Source: Pseudomonadota bacterium
GTDB taxonomy: Bacteria > Chloroflexota > Ktedonobacteria > Ktedonobacterales > JADMIN01
Assembly: GCA_021324535.1 (NCBI GenBank)
Contig: JAJPIU010000130.1
Location: forward strand, 1 to 63,718
Reading direction: 5' to 3'
Length of the DNA stretch: 63,718 bases
Each line of letters opens with the position of its first letter. Position 1 is the first letter of the stretch. Positions 1-9,347 of this stretch are shown one piece after another. Below the pieces are notes generated by a model. The model was not told the DNA's origin, did not search any database, and worked only from the letters and a program-made list of their open reading frames with translations. Both the position numbers and the translations under genes were made by a program.

Positions 1-1
1 C

Positions 2-2062
2 CCAGCGCCGAACGCCGATTCGCTCGCTATGTCCGACATCCTCGTGCGGGCGCGCCCGACAATGGAGGACGTCTACCAGTTTGTCGAGACGACCGAGTGT
101 GTGATTGGCTTCTGCGACGCCGAGGGGCGCCTGATCGATCTGATCGGCTCGCCTACCTTGCTGGCCACACTCACCGCTATCGGCTGGGGCGTCGGCTCAT
201 GCTGGAATGAGGAGTGCGCCGGAACAAACGGCGTCGCGCTGGCGCTGCTCGATGCGTTTCCTATGCAGGTGAGCGGCGAGTCACACTACTGCGCGGCGCT
301 GACCCCTTACTGCACTTCCGCCGCGCCCGCCTACGATACGCTGGGCAGCCCTGTCGGCGCTGTGATCGCCATCACGCCCGCCGCTGAGGGCCACCTGCAT
401 ACGCTGGGGATGGTCAGCGCCGCCGCCAACGCGCTGACCAGCGAGCTACGCATGAACCTCTGGCTAACCAGCGCCAACGAGCGCCTCACCGAACTTCACG
501 CCATCTTGCAAACGCTCTCCGAAGGAATCATCCTGCTGCGGCCAGACGGTGTGATTGCCCAGATGACAGCCCACGCCGGGCGGCTGCTCAATCTGGCTCC
601 TGCGCGTGTCACAGGGAGACGGCTTGGCGACATCATCGGCTTGCCGGGCGCGCTCACCGATGCCTTACGTGTGGCTCGCGAACTGCACGATGAGGAACTG
701 ATTTTTCGTGTAGGCGACGAGCGCATCACCTGCCTCTGTACACTGCGCCCCGTCGCGCCGTCTTCCACTGGCGGCTTCCTCCCAGACAAAGCCACCCCCA
801 CTCTGGCGATTCCTGAGATTCCTGAGATTCCTGCGGATGGCAGTCGCCGTGGCTTCGCGCCGCCAATCGGCCAGGCGTACACACTGCGCACACAGCCACG
901 CGCCATCGTCGGCTGCTTTGTGCTGACGCTACGGAGCATCGAGCGAGCGCAACGTCTGGCCCACCGTATGATGGGAACCCAGGCGCGCATGCGATTCAAC
1001 AACATCATCGGGCAGAGTCCAGCGCTGCTCGACGCGCTCCGGCTGGCGCATATTGCGGCGGAGGGCGCTTCGGCGGTGCTGTTGCACGGCGAAACGGGCG
1101 TTGGCAAAGAAATCTTCGCACAGAGCATCCATAACGCCAGTCCGCGCGCCGAAGGGCCGTTCGTTGCCATCAACTGCGCCGCCATTCCACGCGAGCTGAT
1201 CAACAGCGAACTGTTTGGCTACGAAAGCGGCGCGGGCGGCGAACGTTCTGGCCGCCCCGGAAAGTTCGAACTGGCCAACGGCGGCACACTCTTTCTGGAT
1301 GAGATCGGTGATATGCCGCACGACTTGCAGGCCAGCCTGTTGCGCGCCATCGCCATGCGCAGCATCGTTCGCGCTGGCGGCCAGCGCGAACGCCCTGTGG
1401 ATGTGCGGATCATTGCCGCTACTCACACCAACCTGCCCGATGCCGTACGCTCCGGCGCGTTTCGCTCAGACCTCTACTTTCGCCTGAACGCTTTCCCCAT
1501 CGAGATTCCTCCCCTGCGCGAACGTGCTGGCGACCTGCCGCTGTTGGTGGAAGCCATCCTGCTACGCCTCAGTATCCGTCTCAATCGCCACCTGGGCATC
1601 GAGGCTGAGGCGCTTACCATGCTGGAGTCCTATGCCTGGCCGGGTAACATCCGCGAGCTTGAAAACGTGATCGAGCGTGCGGTCTATATCTCCGAGCGCG
1701 GGGTGATCGAGTACGCCGACCTGCCCGAAAACATCCGCGCGCCACAGGCGTATGCCATGCCACTTGCCGCGCCTATCCTCATCGCCGCTGAGCCACCCTT
1801 TGCGGACTTCCCAGGCCGTCGCAGTTCCACCCTCTCAGCTATGCCGCGCCACGAGACAATAGCCGCCATAGAAGCAGCCGCGCCGACGCCACCCACCGAG
1901 CCGACTGCGAAGAAGCGCCTGCGCCATGAAAACGAGCTTGCCGAGGAGTCGCTGATCCGTCGCATGCTACGTGAGCGTCATGGCGCGTTGGGTGAGGTCG
2001 CGCAGGCGCTCGGCGTCAGCCGCTCCACCCTTTGGCGCAAGATGCGCCGCTATGGCATCTAA
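2..2062 (+). CDS. dhaR: DhaR-like GAF-PAS-AAA+-HTH (Fis) transcriptional activator, probably 5'-truncated by the window edge
   Basis: GAF (GTNGVALAL), PAS, Walker A GETGVGKE, Walker B LFLDEIGD, WPGNIREL, C-terminal HTH LGVSRSTLWRKMRRYGI. The frame is open back to nt 2 (first ATG at 29). It lies directly upstream of dhaKLM and its layout matches E. coli DhaR as I recall it. Confidence 0.8.
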   Translation, partial: PAPNADSLAMSDILVRARPTMEDVYQFVETTECVIGFCDAEGRLIDLIGSPTLLATLTAIGWGVGSCWNEECAGTNGVALALLDAFPMQVSGESHYCAALTPYCTSAAPAYDTLGSPVGAVIAITPAAEGHLHTLGMVSAAANALTSELRMNLWLTSANERLTELHAILQTLSEGIILLRPDGVIAQMTAHAGRLLNLAPARVTGRRLGDIIGLPGALTDALRVARELHDEELIFRVGDERITCLCTLRPVAPSSTGGFLPDKATPTLAIPEIPEIPADGSRRGFAPPIGQAYTLRTQPRAIVGCFVLTLRSIERAQRLAHRMMGTQARMRFNNIIGQSPALLDALRLAHIAAEGASAVLLHGETGVGKEIFAQSIHNASPRAEGPFVAINCAAIPRELINSELFGYESGAGGERSGRPGKFELANGGTLFLDEIGDMPHDLQASLLRAIAMRSIVRAGGQRERPVDVRIIAATHTNLPDAVRSGAFRSDLYFRLNAFPIEIPPLRERAGDLPLLVEAILLRLSIRLNRHLGIEAEALTMLESYAWPGNIRELENVIERAVYISERGVIEYADLPENIRAPQAYAMPLAAPILIAAEPPFADFPGRRSSTLSAMPRHETIAAIEAAAPTPPTEPTAKKRLRHENELAEESLIRRMLRERHGALGEVAQALGVSRSTLWRKMRRYGI

Positions 2063-2138
2063 TTGACCGCCTGATCGCCTTCGCCCTACAACACCGCTCG
2101 CCCTCTGCGAACACGTTCCCGTCGCGCACTTGCAACGC

Positions 2139-2167
2139 TGTTTCACTCTTGCGACAAGCATGTTTCA
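2139..2167. promoter_or_regulatory. candidate DhaR upstream activating site
   Basis: Imperfect inverted repeat TGTTTCA-ctct-TGCGACA (2139-2156) plus a second TGTTTCA at 2161-2167, in the dhaR-MIP intergenic region. A perfect palindrome AAAGCATGCTTT is at 2202-2213. Function is inferred. Confidence 0.35.
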
Positions 2168-2404
2168 TAGGCGCATTATCTTGTGGCTACAGAGCGGTGT
2201 GAAAGCATGCTTTTGTGACCAATTTTCCGAACGAGCAGAGTGCATGAATCGGCTTGAATTGAGGCTTTCAGAGCTAAAGCGCAACGAATTTTTTAGAGGT
2301 GTCTAAAAACAGCTATCTTTTTCCACTTGCGCAATGTACCATCTCTCCCATCCACACATCCTGAGTCGTGGAGGCACTGGCTGCCATGTGGCAGGAGGTA
2401 TTCG

Positions 2405-3196
2405 ATGCAGAAAGAACCGACCCTTGTCCAGAAGTTAGCCGCAGAGTTCATTGGGACGGCGCTGCTGACCCTGATCGGCGCTGGCTCCGTCACCGCCACT
2501 ATCACCCTGGAGTCCGGCTCGGGCGCGAAGTTTTCCGAGGCAGACCTGGGTGTGATCTCCCTCGCGTTTGGGTTTATCATTATTGCGATGGTGTACTCCA
2601 TCGGCAAAGTCTCCGGCTGTCAGATCAATCCCGCTGTCAGCATCGCACTGGCGCTGACAGGTCGTCTCAGCTGGACGGCAGCAGCGATGAACATCGTGGC
2701 GCAGTTCGCCGGGGCCATCGCAGGAGCCTTTGGTATCGTCGCAATGTTTGGCACGCACGCCGCAGCGACAAGCATTCTCGGTGTCACCTCGTATGGCGCA
2801 GCGATCAATCCTGTGCAGGCCATCGCCGCTGAGGCCATCGGCACGTTCATTCTGGTCTTCACCATCTTTGGCGTCGCGGTCGATCCGCGCTCACCTAACG
2901 GCTGGGCGGGTCTGGTGATCGGTTTGGTCGTGGCGGCCATTATCTTCGTGGTGGCGCCTGTCACTGGCGCGTCGCTCAATCCCGCGCGTACCTTTGGTAC
3001 GGTCTTCGTGCAGGCGATCTACGGCGGCAAAGCGTTCTACGATCAGTTCTATGTGTATGTGATTGGCCCGGTGTTGGGTGGCGCGCTTGGCGCCTTCGCC
3101 TATGACTTCATCGCCTCGCCGAAGTCTGCCGCGCAACCTGCGCCCAGCCCAACCGAACAACCGGCAGCCGTGCCAAGCGCCGCCAGCCGTAGCTAG
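2405..3196 (+). CDS. MIP family channel (AqpM-like aquaporin)
   Basis: AEFIGT, SGCQINPAV, GASLNPARTFG; AGGAGG RBS at 2393-2398 before ATG 2405. Confidence 0.92.
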   Translation: MQKEPTLVQKLAAEFIGTALLTLIGAGSVTATITLESGSGAKFSEADLGVISLAFGFIIIAMVYSIGKVSGCQINPAVSIALALTGRLSWTAAAMNIVAQFAGAIAGAFGIVAMFGTHAAATSILGVTSYGAAINPVQAIAAEAIGTFILVFTIFGVAVDPRSPNGWAGLVIGLVVAAIIFVVAPVTGASLNPARTFGTVFVQAIYGGKAFYDQFYVYVIGPVLGGALGAFAYDFIASPKSAAQPAPSPTEQPAAVPSAASRS

Positions 3197-3263
3197 CCTC
3201 TCTGCGCAGTTATCATGAAGCGCCCTCAGTTGAGGGTGGAACCACAGAGGAGTGTATACGCGA

Positions 3264-4265
3264 ATGAAGAAACTGATCAACTCGCCAGAGTCGGTGGTTG
3301 ATGACGAACTCCACGGACTTGAGGCGGCGCACCCAGATCTGGTGCGAGTGGACTTTGAGAATCATATCGTCGTGCGCGCCGATGCGCCTGTGGTGGGCAA
3401 GGTCGGCGTCATCTCAGGCGGCGGCAGCGGCCATGAGCCAATGCACGGCGGCTTTGTCGGGCGCGGCATGCTCGACGCCGCCTGCCCAGGCGCGGTCTTC
3501 ACCTCGCCCGTGCCCGACCAAATGCTGGCAGCCACCCGCGCAGTAAACGGTGGCGCTGGTGTGCTGCACATCGTCAAGAACTACACAGGCGACGTACTGA
3601 ACTTCGAGATGGCGGCTGAGCTTGCGCAGGCGGAGAACATCCAGGTGGCCAGCGTCACGATGGATGACGACGTAGCGGTGAAGGATAGCCTCTACACGGC
3701 AGGGCGACGTGGCGTCGGCGCAACTGTGCTGGCGGAAAAGATCGTCGGCGCGGCGGCAGCGGCAGGCGCGCCGCTTGAGCGGGTGGCCAACCTCTGCCGC
3801 AAGGTAAACGCCAACGCCCGCAGCATGGGGATGGCGCTCACCTCGTGCACGGTTCCTGCGGCTGGCAAGCCCACGTTTGAACTTGGCGACGACGAGATGG
3901 AAATCGGCATCGGCATCCACGGCGAGCCTGGGCGCACACGCATGAAGCTGGCTCCTGCGGCGCAGATCGCTGAGTTGCTTCTCTTGCCGATCCTCGAAGA
4001 CCTTCCCTTCCGATCTGGTGATACCGTGCTGGCGTTCGTGAACGGCATGGGTGGCACGCCGTTGATCGAACTTTACGTGATGTATAACGAGGTCAGCCGC
4101 ATCCTCAAAGGCAAAGGCGTCACCATCGGGCGCAACCTGATCGGCAGCTATATCACCTCGCTCGAAATGGCCGGTTGCTCGGTGACGCTGCTCAAGTTGG
4201 ACGACGAACTGACCCAGCTCTGGGATGCGCCTGTCCACACGCCAGCGTTGCGCTGGCGCGCCTGA
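3264..4265 (+). CDS. dhaK: dihydroxyacetone kinase subunit DhaK
   Basis: MKKLIN start, [37 protein letters not shown]. Confidence 0.95.
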   Translation: MKKLINSPESVVDDELHGLEAAHPDLVRVDFENHIVVRADAPVVGKVGVISGGGSGHEPMHGGFVGRGMLDAACPGAVFTSPVPDQMLAATRAVNGGAGVLHIVKNYTGDVLNFEMAAELAQAENIQVASVTMDDDVAVKDSLYTAGRRGVGATVLAEKIVGAAAAAGAPLERVANLCRKVNANARSMGMALTSCTVPAAGKPTFELGDDEMEIGIGIHGEPGRTRMKLAPAAQIAELLLLPILEDLPFRSGDTVLAFVNGMGGTPLIELYVMYNEVSRILKGKGVTIGRNLIGSYITSLEMAGCSVTLLKLDDELTQLWDAPVHTPALRWRA

Positions 4266-4294
4266 GCGAGTGAGCGAGTGAGCGAGTGAGCGAG
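4263..4294. repeat. 8-bp tandem repeat (TGAGCGAG)x4 beginning at the dhaK stop codon
   Basis: Directly visible: tgagcgag tgagcgag tgagcgag tgagcgag. Confidence 0.9.
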
Positions 4295-4450
4295 CGCCCA
4301 CACAACAAGCGCATGGCGAAGGCTGGCGACGCCGCAACCTTTTGAGTCTGTTTCGGCAGCGCTTGCCTTCCCGGATGATCCATTTGGTCGTTACAGCTAT
4401 GCGTGCTCTGTGTAGGGAAGATCACTGAGATCGCAAAAGGAACGATATGT

Positions 4451-5077
4451 ATGACACCTGATCGTACCTGCGTGTTGGCCTGGCTGCGCCGGTCGGCGGC
4501 GGCGCTCCATGAGCAACGTGACTACCTGACCAGCCTCGACGCCGCCATCGGCGACGCCGACCACGGCATCAATATGGATCGTGGCTTCACCGCTGTACTG
4601 GATAAACTACCGACGGTGGCCGAGGCCGATGTAGGAACCATCCTCAAAACGGTCGGCGCCACACTCGTCTCCACGGTGGGCGGGGCCAGTGGCCCGCTCT
4701 ACGGCACGGCGTTTCTGCGAGCGGGCACTGCACTCGCCGGGCGCCAGGAGCTTCGCCCTGTGGATGCGCTTGCAGGTTTCGAGGCGGCCTATGAGGGAAT
4801 CGTGGCGCGCGGAAAGGCGCAACGGGGCGAGAAAACCATGCTCGATGCGTTTGGCCCCGCGCTGGATGCGCTCCGAGCCGCCATCGAGGCGAAGCAGCCC
4901 TTCGCCAATGCCCTGCGCGCCGCCGCTGATGCCGCTCAGGCTGGCGCGCTGGCCACCACCCCAATGATGGCGACGAAGGGGCGCGCAAGCTATCTGGGCC
5001 AGCGCAGCATAGGTCATCAAGACCCTGGCGCCACCTCGCTTGCCCTCTTCTTTCAGATGATGACGGATGGGAAGTAG
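4451..5077 (+). CDS. dhaL: dihydroxyacetone kinase ADP-binding subunit DhaL
   Basis: LDAAIGDADHGINMDRGF, GGASGPLYG, KTMLD, GRASYLG, DPGATS. Confidence 0.95.
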   Translation: MTPDRTCVLAWLRRSAAALHEQRDYLTSLDAAIGDADHGINMDRGFTAVLDKLPTVAEADVGTILKTVGATLVSTVGGASGPLYGTAFLRAGTALAGRQELRPVDALAGFEAAYEGIVARGKAQRGEKTMLDAFGPALDALRAAIEAKQPFANALRAAADAAQAGALATTPMMATKGRASYLGQRSIGHQDPGATSLALFFQMMTDGK

Positions 5078-5084
5078 GACGCCG

Positions 5085-5486
5085 ATGGCTGTGGGACTGG
5101 TAATCGTGTCGCATAGCGCGCGCCTGGCAGAGGGCGTGGTCGAGCTGGCGGCTCAGATGACACATGGCGCCGTGCGGCTGGCCGCTGCTGGCGGCATGGA
5201 CGACGGCGGCATCGGCACCTCGCTGGCCAGGGTCACTCAGGCGATTGCCAGCGCGGATAGCGGGGACGGCGTGGTGGCGCTGATAGACCTGGGCAGCGCC
5301 GCACTCATCGCCGAGATGGCGCTGGAATCGCTCGACGCCGAACAGCGGGCGCATGTGCGCCTGAGCGGCGGACCACTGGTGGAGGGCGCGATTTTGGCGG
5401 CGGTCGAAGCCTCGGTTGGCAGCCCGCTCGACGAGGTGCTGGCGACTGCGGAGAGCGCCCGCAGTCTGGAAAAACTGAAGAGATAG
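5085..5486 (+). CDS. dhaM: dihydroxyacetone kinase phosphoryl donor subunit DhaM (EIIA-Man-like only)
   Basis: GLVIVSHS (phospho-His), DLGSA, PLVEGA. Confidence 0.92.
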   Translation: MAVGLVIVSHSARLAEGVVELAAQMTHGAVRLAAAGGMDDGGIGTSLARVTQAIASADSGDGVVALIDLGSAALIAEMALESLDAEQRAHVRLSGGPLVEGAILAAVEASVGSPLDEVLATAESARSLEKLKR

Positions 5487-5514
5487 ATTCAGAAGAGATA
5501 AAGGGTACAAGGGA

Positions 5515-5790
5515 ATGGCGACCGTTGAGAAAACGCTGATCCTGGTCAACAAAGTTGGGCTGCATGCTCGGCCTGCCGCTCTGTTCGTCCAGACAGCGGC
5601 TCGCTTTCAGGCGTCGGTGCGGGTGGTGTGTAACGGACGTCAGGCGGACGCCAAACGCATTTTGCCAGTGTTGCAATTGGGCGCCGAACAAGGCTCCGTC
5701 TTGCGCCTTTTCGCGGAAGGGCCAGACGCGGATGAGGCAATAAACGCACTGACCAGGCTGGTTCAGGAACGCTTCGGCGATCCCGAATGA
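5515..5790 (+). CDS. ptsH: phosphocarrier protein HPr
   Basis: GLHARPA His15 motif; 91 aa. Confidence 0.92.
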   Translation: MATVEKTLILVNKVGLHARPAALFVQTAARFQASVRVVCNGRQADAKRILPVLQLGAEQGSVLRLFAEGPDADEAINALTRLVQERFGDPE

Positions 5791-7739
5791 GCGGCAAAAA
5801 AGAAAGTGTTTGCACTATGAATGTTCAGAGGGATGAACGCGCCACCAAACGCGACGCCACCGTCACACCAGGCGATGACCACATCAACCGGCGCCAAGGA
5901 CAAGGCATCGGAGCGTCGCCTGGCGTCGCCGTTGGCCCTGTGCTGCTCTATCGTCAAGCCGGTGGCGCGCTTCCCTCCATTCAGCCTATTCAGCGCCCTG
6001 CGCACACTGATCCCGCCGCAAACAGACATACTCCCAACACAGGATTTGATCCGGCGAATGAGCGTGCCCGACTGCGTAAGGCATTGGCTGCGGCAGTAAA
6101 CGACCTGCGCGCGCTCGAGGCGCAGGTACGCACGGAGATAGGCGCGCAGGAGGCTGGCATCTTCGCGTCACAGGCGTTGATGCTTGAAGACCCAACCATC
6201 GAGGAGCGCGCCAACGAACTGATCGAGGCAGGCGCCGACGCATCTGTTGCGCTCACCCAAGCGACGGAAGAGCAGGCCGAATTGTTGCTGACCCTACCCG
6301 ATCCGCTCTGGCAGGCGCGTGCGGCGGATGTACGCGACGCCGCTGAACGTGCGTTCCGCTGGCTGGCCACCGGCGCGACGCAGAGCCAGTCGCTTGCCGA
6401 GCGTATCGCGGCTATGGGGGCTCCGGTCATCGTCGTGGCCGACGATCTGACGCCATCTGATACCGCGCACATGCGACCGGATACTGTGCTGGGCATTGCT
6501 CTGGCACAGGGAAGCACAACTGCACACGCAGCCATTCTTGCGCGGGCGCTGGGCATTCCGGCGGTGATGGGCCTGGGCGACGCATTCATCTCGCGGCTGG
6601 CCGATGGTGATACGCTGATCATAGACGGTGCGACGGGCGAGGTGATAGCCCACCCATTTGCGGAACAGGTTGTGGCAGCGACGGCTGAGATGCAGACTCG
6701 CCAGGCGCAACGCACGCAACAGGGGCGCCAGACGCGCGCCTGGCGGTGGGCGCCGGGGCGGATGCGCGATGGCGTCGCCGTGCGGGTGATGGCGAACATC
6801 GGTGGGGTGGCCGACGCGCGCGCCGCCGCCGAAGCTGGAGCCGAAGGGATAGGCTTACTACGCACGGAGTTTCTCTTCTCCGGCCTGGCCACGCTGCCCA
6901 CTGAGAATGAGCAAACTGAGATGTACTGCGACATCCTGGACGCCTTTCGCGCGCCGGAGCCATTCGCCGGTCGCGTCCGCCACCCTGTCATCATTCGCAC
7001 ACTCGACGCAGGCGCCGATAAGCCATTACCCGCGCTGGCGTCGCTGTTTGCCCAGACAGAGGCCAATCCAGCGCTGGGTGTGCGTGGCATTCGTCTAAGT
7101 CTTGCCGCGCCGGATGTGCTTGCGACGCAGTTGCGGGCCATTGTGCGAGCAGTGGCCCGCACTGGCGTGCAGGCGCGCATCATGGCGCCGATGATTGCCA
7201 CTCTCGAAGAGTTGCGCGCGATTCGCCAGGCGCTACGCACAGCCCGCGATGACCTGGCGCGCCAGGGAATACGGCTTGCCCAGGCGATTCCACTGGGCAT
7301 CATGATAGAGACGCCCGCCGCCGTTTTTGCCTGTGACGATCTGGCGCGTGAAGCAGCGTTTTTTAGTATCGGCGCCAACGACCTGACTCAATATGTGATG
7401 GCTGCAGATCGCCTGAACGCGCAATTGGCTGCCCTGTGCGATCCGCTACAACCGGCGGTGCTACGGGCCATCGCGATGATCACCAGTGCGGGCCAGCGTG
7501 TGGGGCGTCCGGTTGGCGTCTGCGGTGAGATGGCGGGCGACCCCCAGCTTGCGTTGCTATTGGCGGGGCTGGGCGTACACGAGGTCAGCATGACGCCACA
7601 GCGTATTCCGGCGGTGAAAGAGGCGCTGGCGCGCTACACACTCGCCGAGGCGCAGGCGACGGCGCAACGCATCCTCGCCGCGCCCACCTTCACCGAGGCG
7701 CTGGCGCTATTGAACATGGCGTTCCCCAACAACACATAA
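5787..7739 (+). CDS. ptsI: PEP-protein phosphotransferase (PTS enzyme I)
   Basis: TAHAAILARALGIP (phospho-His), GIGLLRTEFLF, NPALGVRGIR, SIGANDLTQY, GVCGEMAGDP; ATGA overlap with HPr; start uncertain. Confidence 0.93.
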   Translation: MSGKKESVCTMNVQRDERATKRDATVTPGDDHINRRQGQGIGASPGVAVGPVLLYRQAGGALPSIQPIQRPAHTDPAANRHTPNTGFDPANERARLRKALAAAVNDLRALEAQVRTEIGAQEAGIFASQALMLEDPTIEERANELIEAGADASVALTQATEEQAELLLTLPDPLWQARAADVRDAAERAFRWLATGATQSQSLAERIAAMGAPVIVVADDLTPSDTAHMRPDTVLGIALAQGSTTAHAAILARALGIPAVMGLGDAFISRLADGDTLIIDGATGEVIAHPFAEQVVAATAEMQTRQAQRTQQGRQTRAWRWAPGRMRDGVAVRVMANIGGVADARAAAEAGAEGIGLLRTEFLFSGLATLPTENEQTEMYCDILDAFRAPEPFAGRVRHPVIIRTLDAGADKPLPALASLFAQTEANPALGVRGIRLSLAAPDVLATQLRAIVRAVARTGVQARIMAPMIATLEELRAIRQALRTARDDLARQGIRLAQAIPLGIMIETPAAVFACDDLAREAAFFSIGANDLTQYVMAADRLNAQLAALCDPLQPAVLRAIAMITSAGQRVGRPVGVCGEMAGDPQLALLLAGLGVHEVSMTPQRIPAVKEALARYTLAEAQATAQRILAAPTFTEALALLNMAFPNNT

Positions 7740-7861
7740 ACAACAACAATACGTAGCCATCGTTGTTCTTCGCCATCCACATGGCGTACATGATGTCCGC
7801 AGTGGTTCCACACCGCGACTCATTCGTAGCGCGTAGCAAGCACAGTAAAGGAGCCTGTACG

Positions 7862-8320
7862 ATGATCGCCGAGACCATGACACAGACAGCCATCGCCGTC
7901 GCGCCCCCAGCCGATCCGTGGGATGCCCCCTATTTTGGCGGTATAGTCTATTTTTCCTATCGCCCGACGCCACTGCCAACACCAGCCACAAGCGAGGCTG
8001 CGCTGGCTAAGCTGCCGTACACGGTGAACGCCTGGGAACCGTGGGACGCGCCCTACTTTGGCGCTCCCATCTACCTGAACTTCCCAGGGTTTTCAGATAA
8101 TCATGTGGTGACAAACGTCCTGCTGGCCGCCGCGACACGTCCAGGCGAGCCGGAACCAGCGTTGGCGCCCCAGGTGGAGGATGTGGGCGTCTCGCCAGAA
8201 GACTCAAGCTCTTCCGCGATGTCTGGAGCCGGAGTGGGTAGCGCCATTGTTCACTCCATTAGTGGGGCGCGGCAAAACTGGTTGACTCGACTCTTTGGGG
8301 GATGGCGCGCCAGGAGATAG
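7862..8320 (+). CDS. hypothetical protein with duplicated PWDAPYFG motif
   Basis: AAAGGAG RBS before ATG 7862; the two motif copies differ only at synonymous positions. Confidence 0.7.
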   Translation: MIAETMTQTAIAVAPPADPWDAPYFGGIVYFSYRPTPLPTPATSEAALAKLPYTVNAWEPWDAPYFGAPIYLNFPGFSDNHVVTNVLLAAATRPGEPEPALAPQVEDVGVSPEDSSSSAMSGAGVGSAIVHSISGARQNWLTRLFGGWRARR

Positions 8321-8432
8321 CGCGCTGGTTCATCCAGCATACAGGAAACAAGAAGGAAGAAGCGCCGCCAGTTGCGTAAGATATCTCGAAGGAAACGCCG
8401 ATCACGGACGATCAGGTGGAAGTTGCTCGATG

Positions 8433-8441
8433 TGCTATAAT
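8433..8441 (+). promoter_or_regulatory. extended -10 promoter element upstream of queD
   Basis: TG-C-TATAAT; a second TATAAT near 8550. Confidence 0.5.
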
Positions 8442-8605
8442 AGGGACACGTCTGATGTTTCTGGCGCCGTTTGCCAGAGAGAGCAGCGCGCTTTGTGCGA
8501 TCTGTTATGCGATGGAGAATGGCATAAGGCGTGCGCTCAGCGTATAGCGTATAATTCCTGATGTCACTATGATGTGGTTGACCAGAGGGGCGTTGCGGAG
8601 TTGGC

Positions 8606-9208
8606 ATGTCGTGGAAGATCGTGATTGAACGAGGCAATCTAGGATTCGCCGCCGCACATTTCATCACCTTTGAGGGGCGGTGTGAGCCACTGCACGGTCA
8701 TAACTATGGTGTGCATATCGAGCTGGCGGGCGCGTTGACCCGCGACAGTTATGTATTTGACTTCGTGGCGCTGAAAGACATCACGCGGGAACTCTGCAAA
8801 GCATGGGATCATCGTTTCCTGTTGCCGTTGCAGAACCCCAACCTGCGGCTCACCGAGACGGCGCGCGAATGGGAGATCGTCTACACTGGAGCGTTTGACG
8901 CGCAGCCAATCGCCTCAAACGCTCCCACCCTGCCCGCGCCATCCTCAGACGCCACCGGCGCTACGGAGCCACTGCGCTATGTGATGCCCAAAGAGACGGT
9001 GGTCGCGCTGCCGGTGGATAATGTCACCGCCGAGCGGCTGGCAGAACACCTGGCCATGAGGATCGTCGAACGCCTGCGTCAACGATTGTCGGCCATGCCC
9101 ACCGCGTTCGAGGCGCTCACCTCGCTCACGGTGGGGGTCGCTGAGACGGAGATGCAGACAGCGGTCTATACGCTCGATCTCCGCAACCTTGCCAAAGCCA
9201 CATCGTAG
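8606..9208 (+). CDS. queD: 6-carboxytetrahydropterin synthase / PTPS family protein
   Basis: FAAAHF, CEPLHGHNY (Cx3HGH), WDHRFL, TAERLA. Confidence 0.82.
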   Translation: MSWKIVIERGNLGFAAAHFITFEGRCEPLHGHNYGVHIELAGALTRDSYVFDFVALKDITRELCKAWDHRFLLPLQNPNLRLTETAREWEIVYTGAFDAQPIASNAPTLPAPSSDATGATEPLRYVMPKETVVALPVDNVTAERLAEHLAMRIVERLRQRLSAMPTAFEALTSLTVGVAETEMQTAVYTLDLRNLAKATS

Positions 9209-9347
9209 AAACAACATACCTAATTTACTGATCCGAAGTCACATCACAGTGCCGGAAAAGACCACGCCAACGGTGGCGCGGCGAACCCCGGCGCGGAGCA
9301 AAGCCGCTCCACAGCAGGCCAGTGTTGGCCGAGGAGGAAATCCGTTC

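Noticed and set aside
4263-4298. Resemblance of GAGCGAG repeats to the AAV Rep-binding element or to iterons
   Set aside because: Short low-complexity match; no Rep/HUH gene or origin features nearby
8321-8605. preQ1 riboswitch upstream of queD
   Set aside because: No recognisable preQ1 stem-loop plus A-rich tail seen
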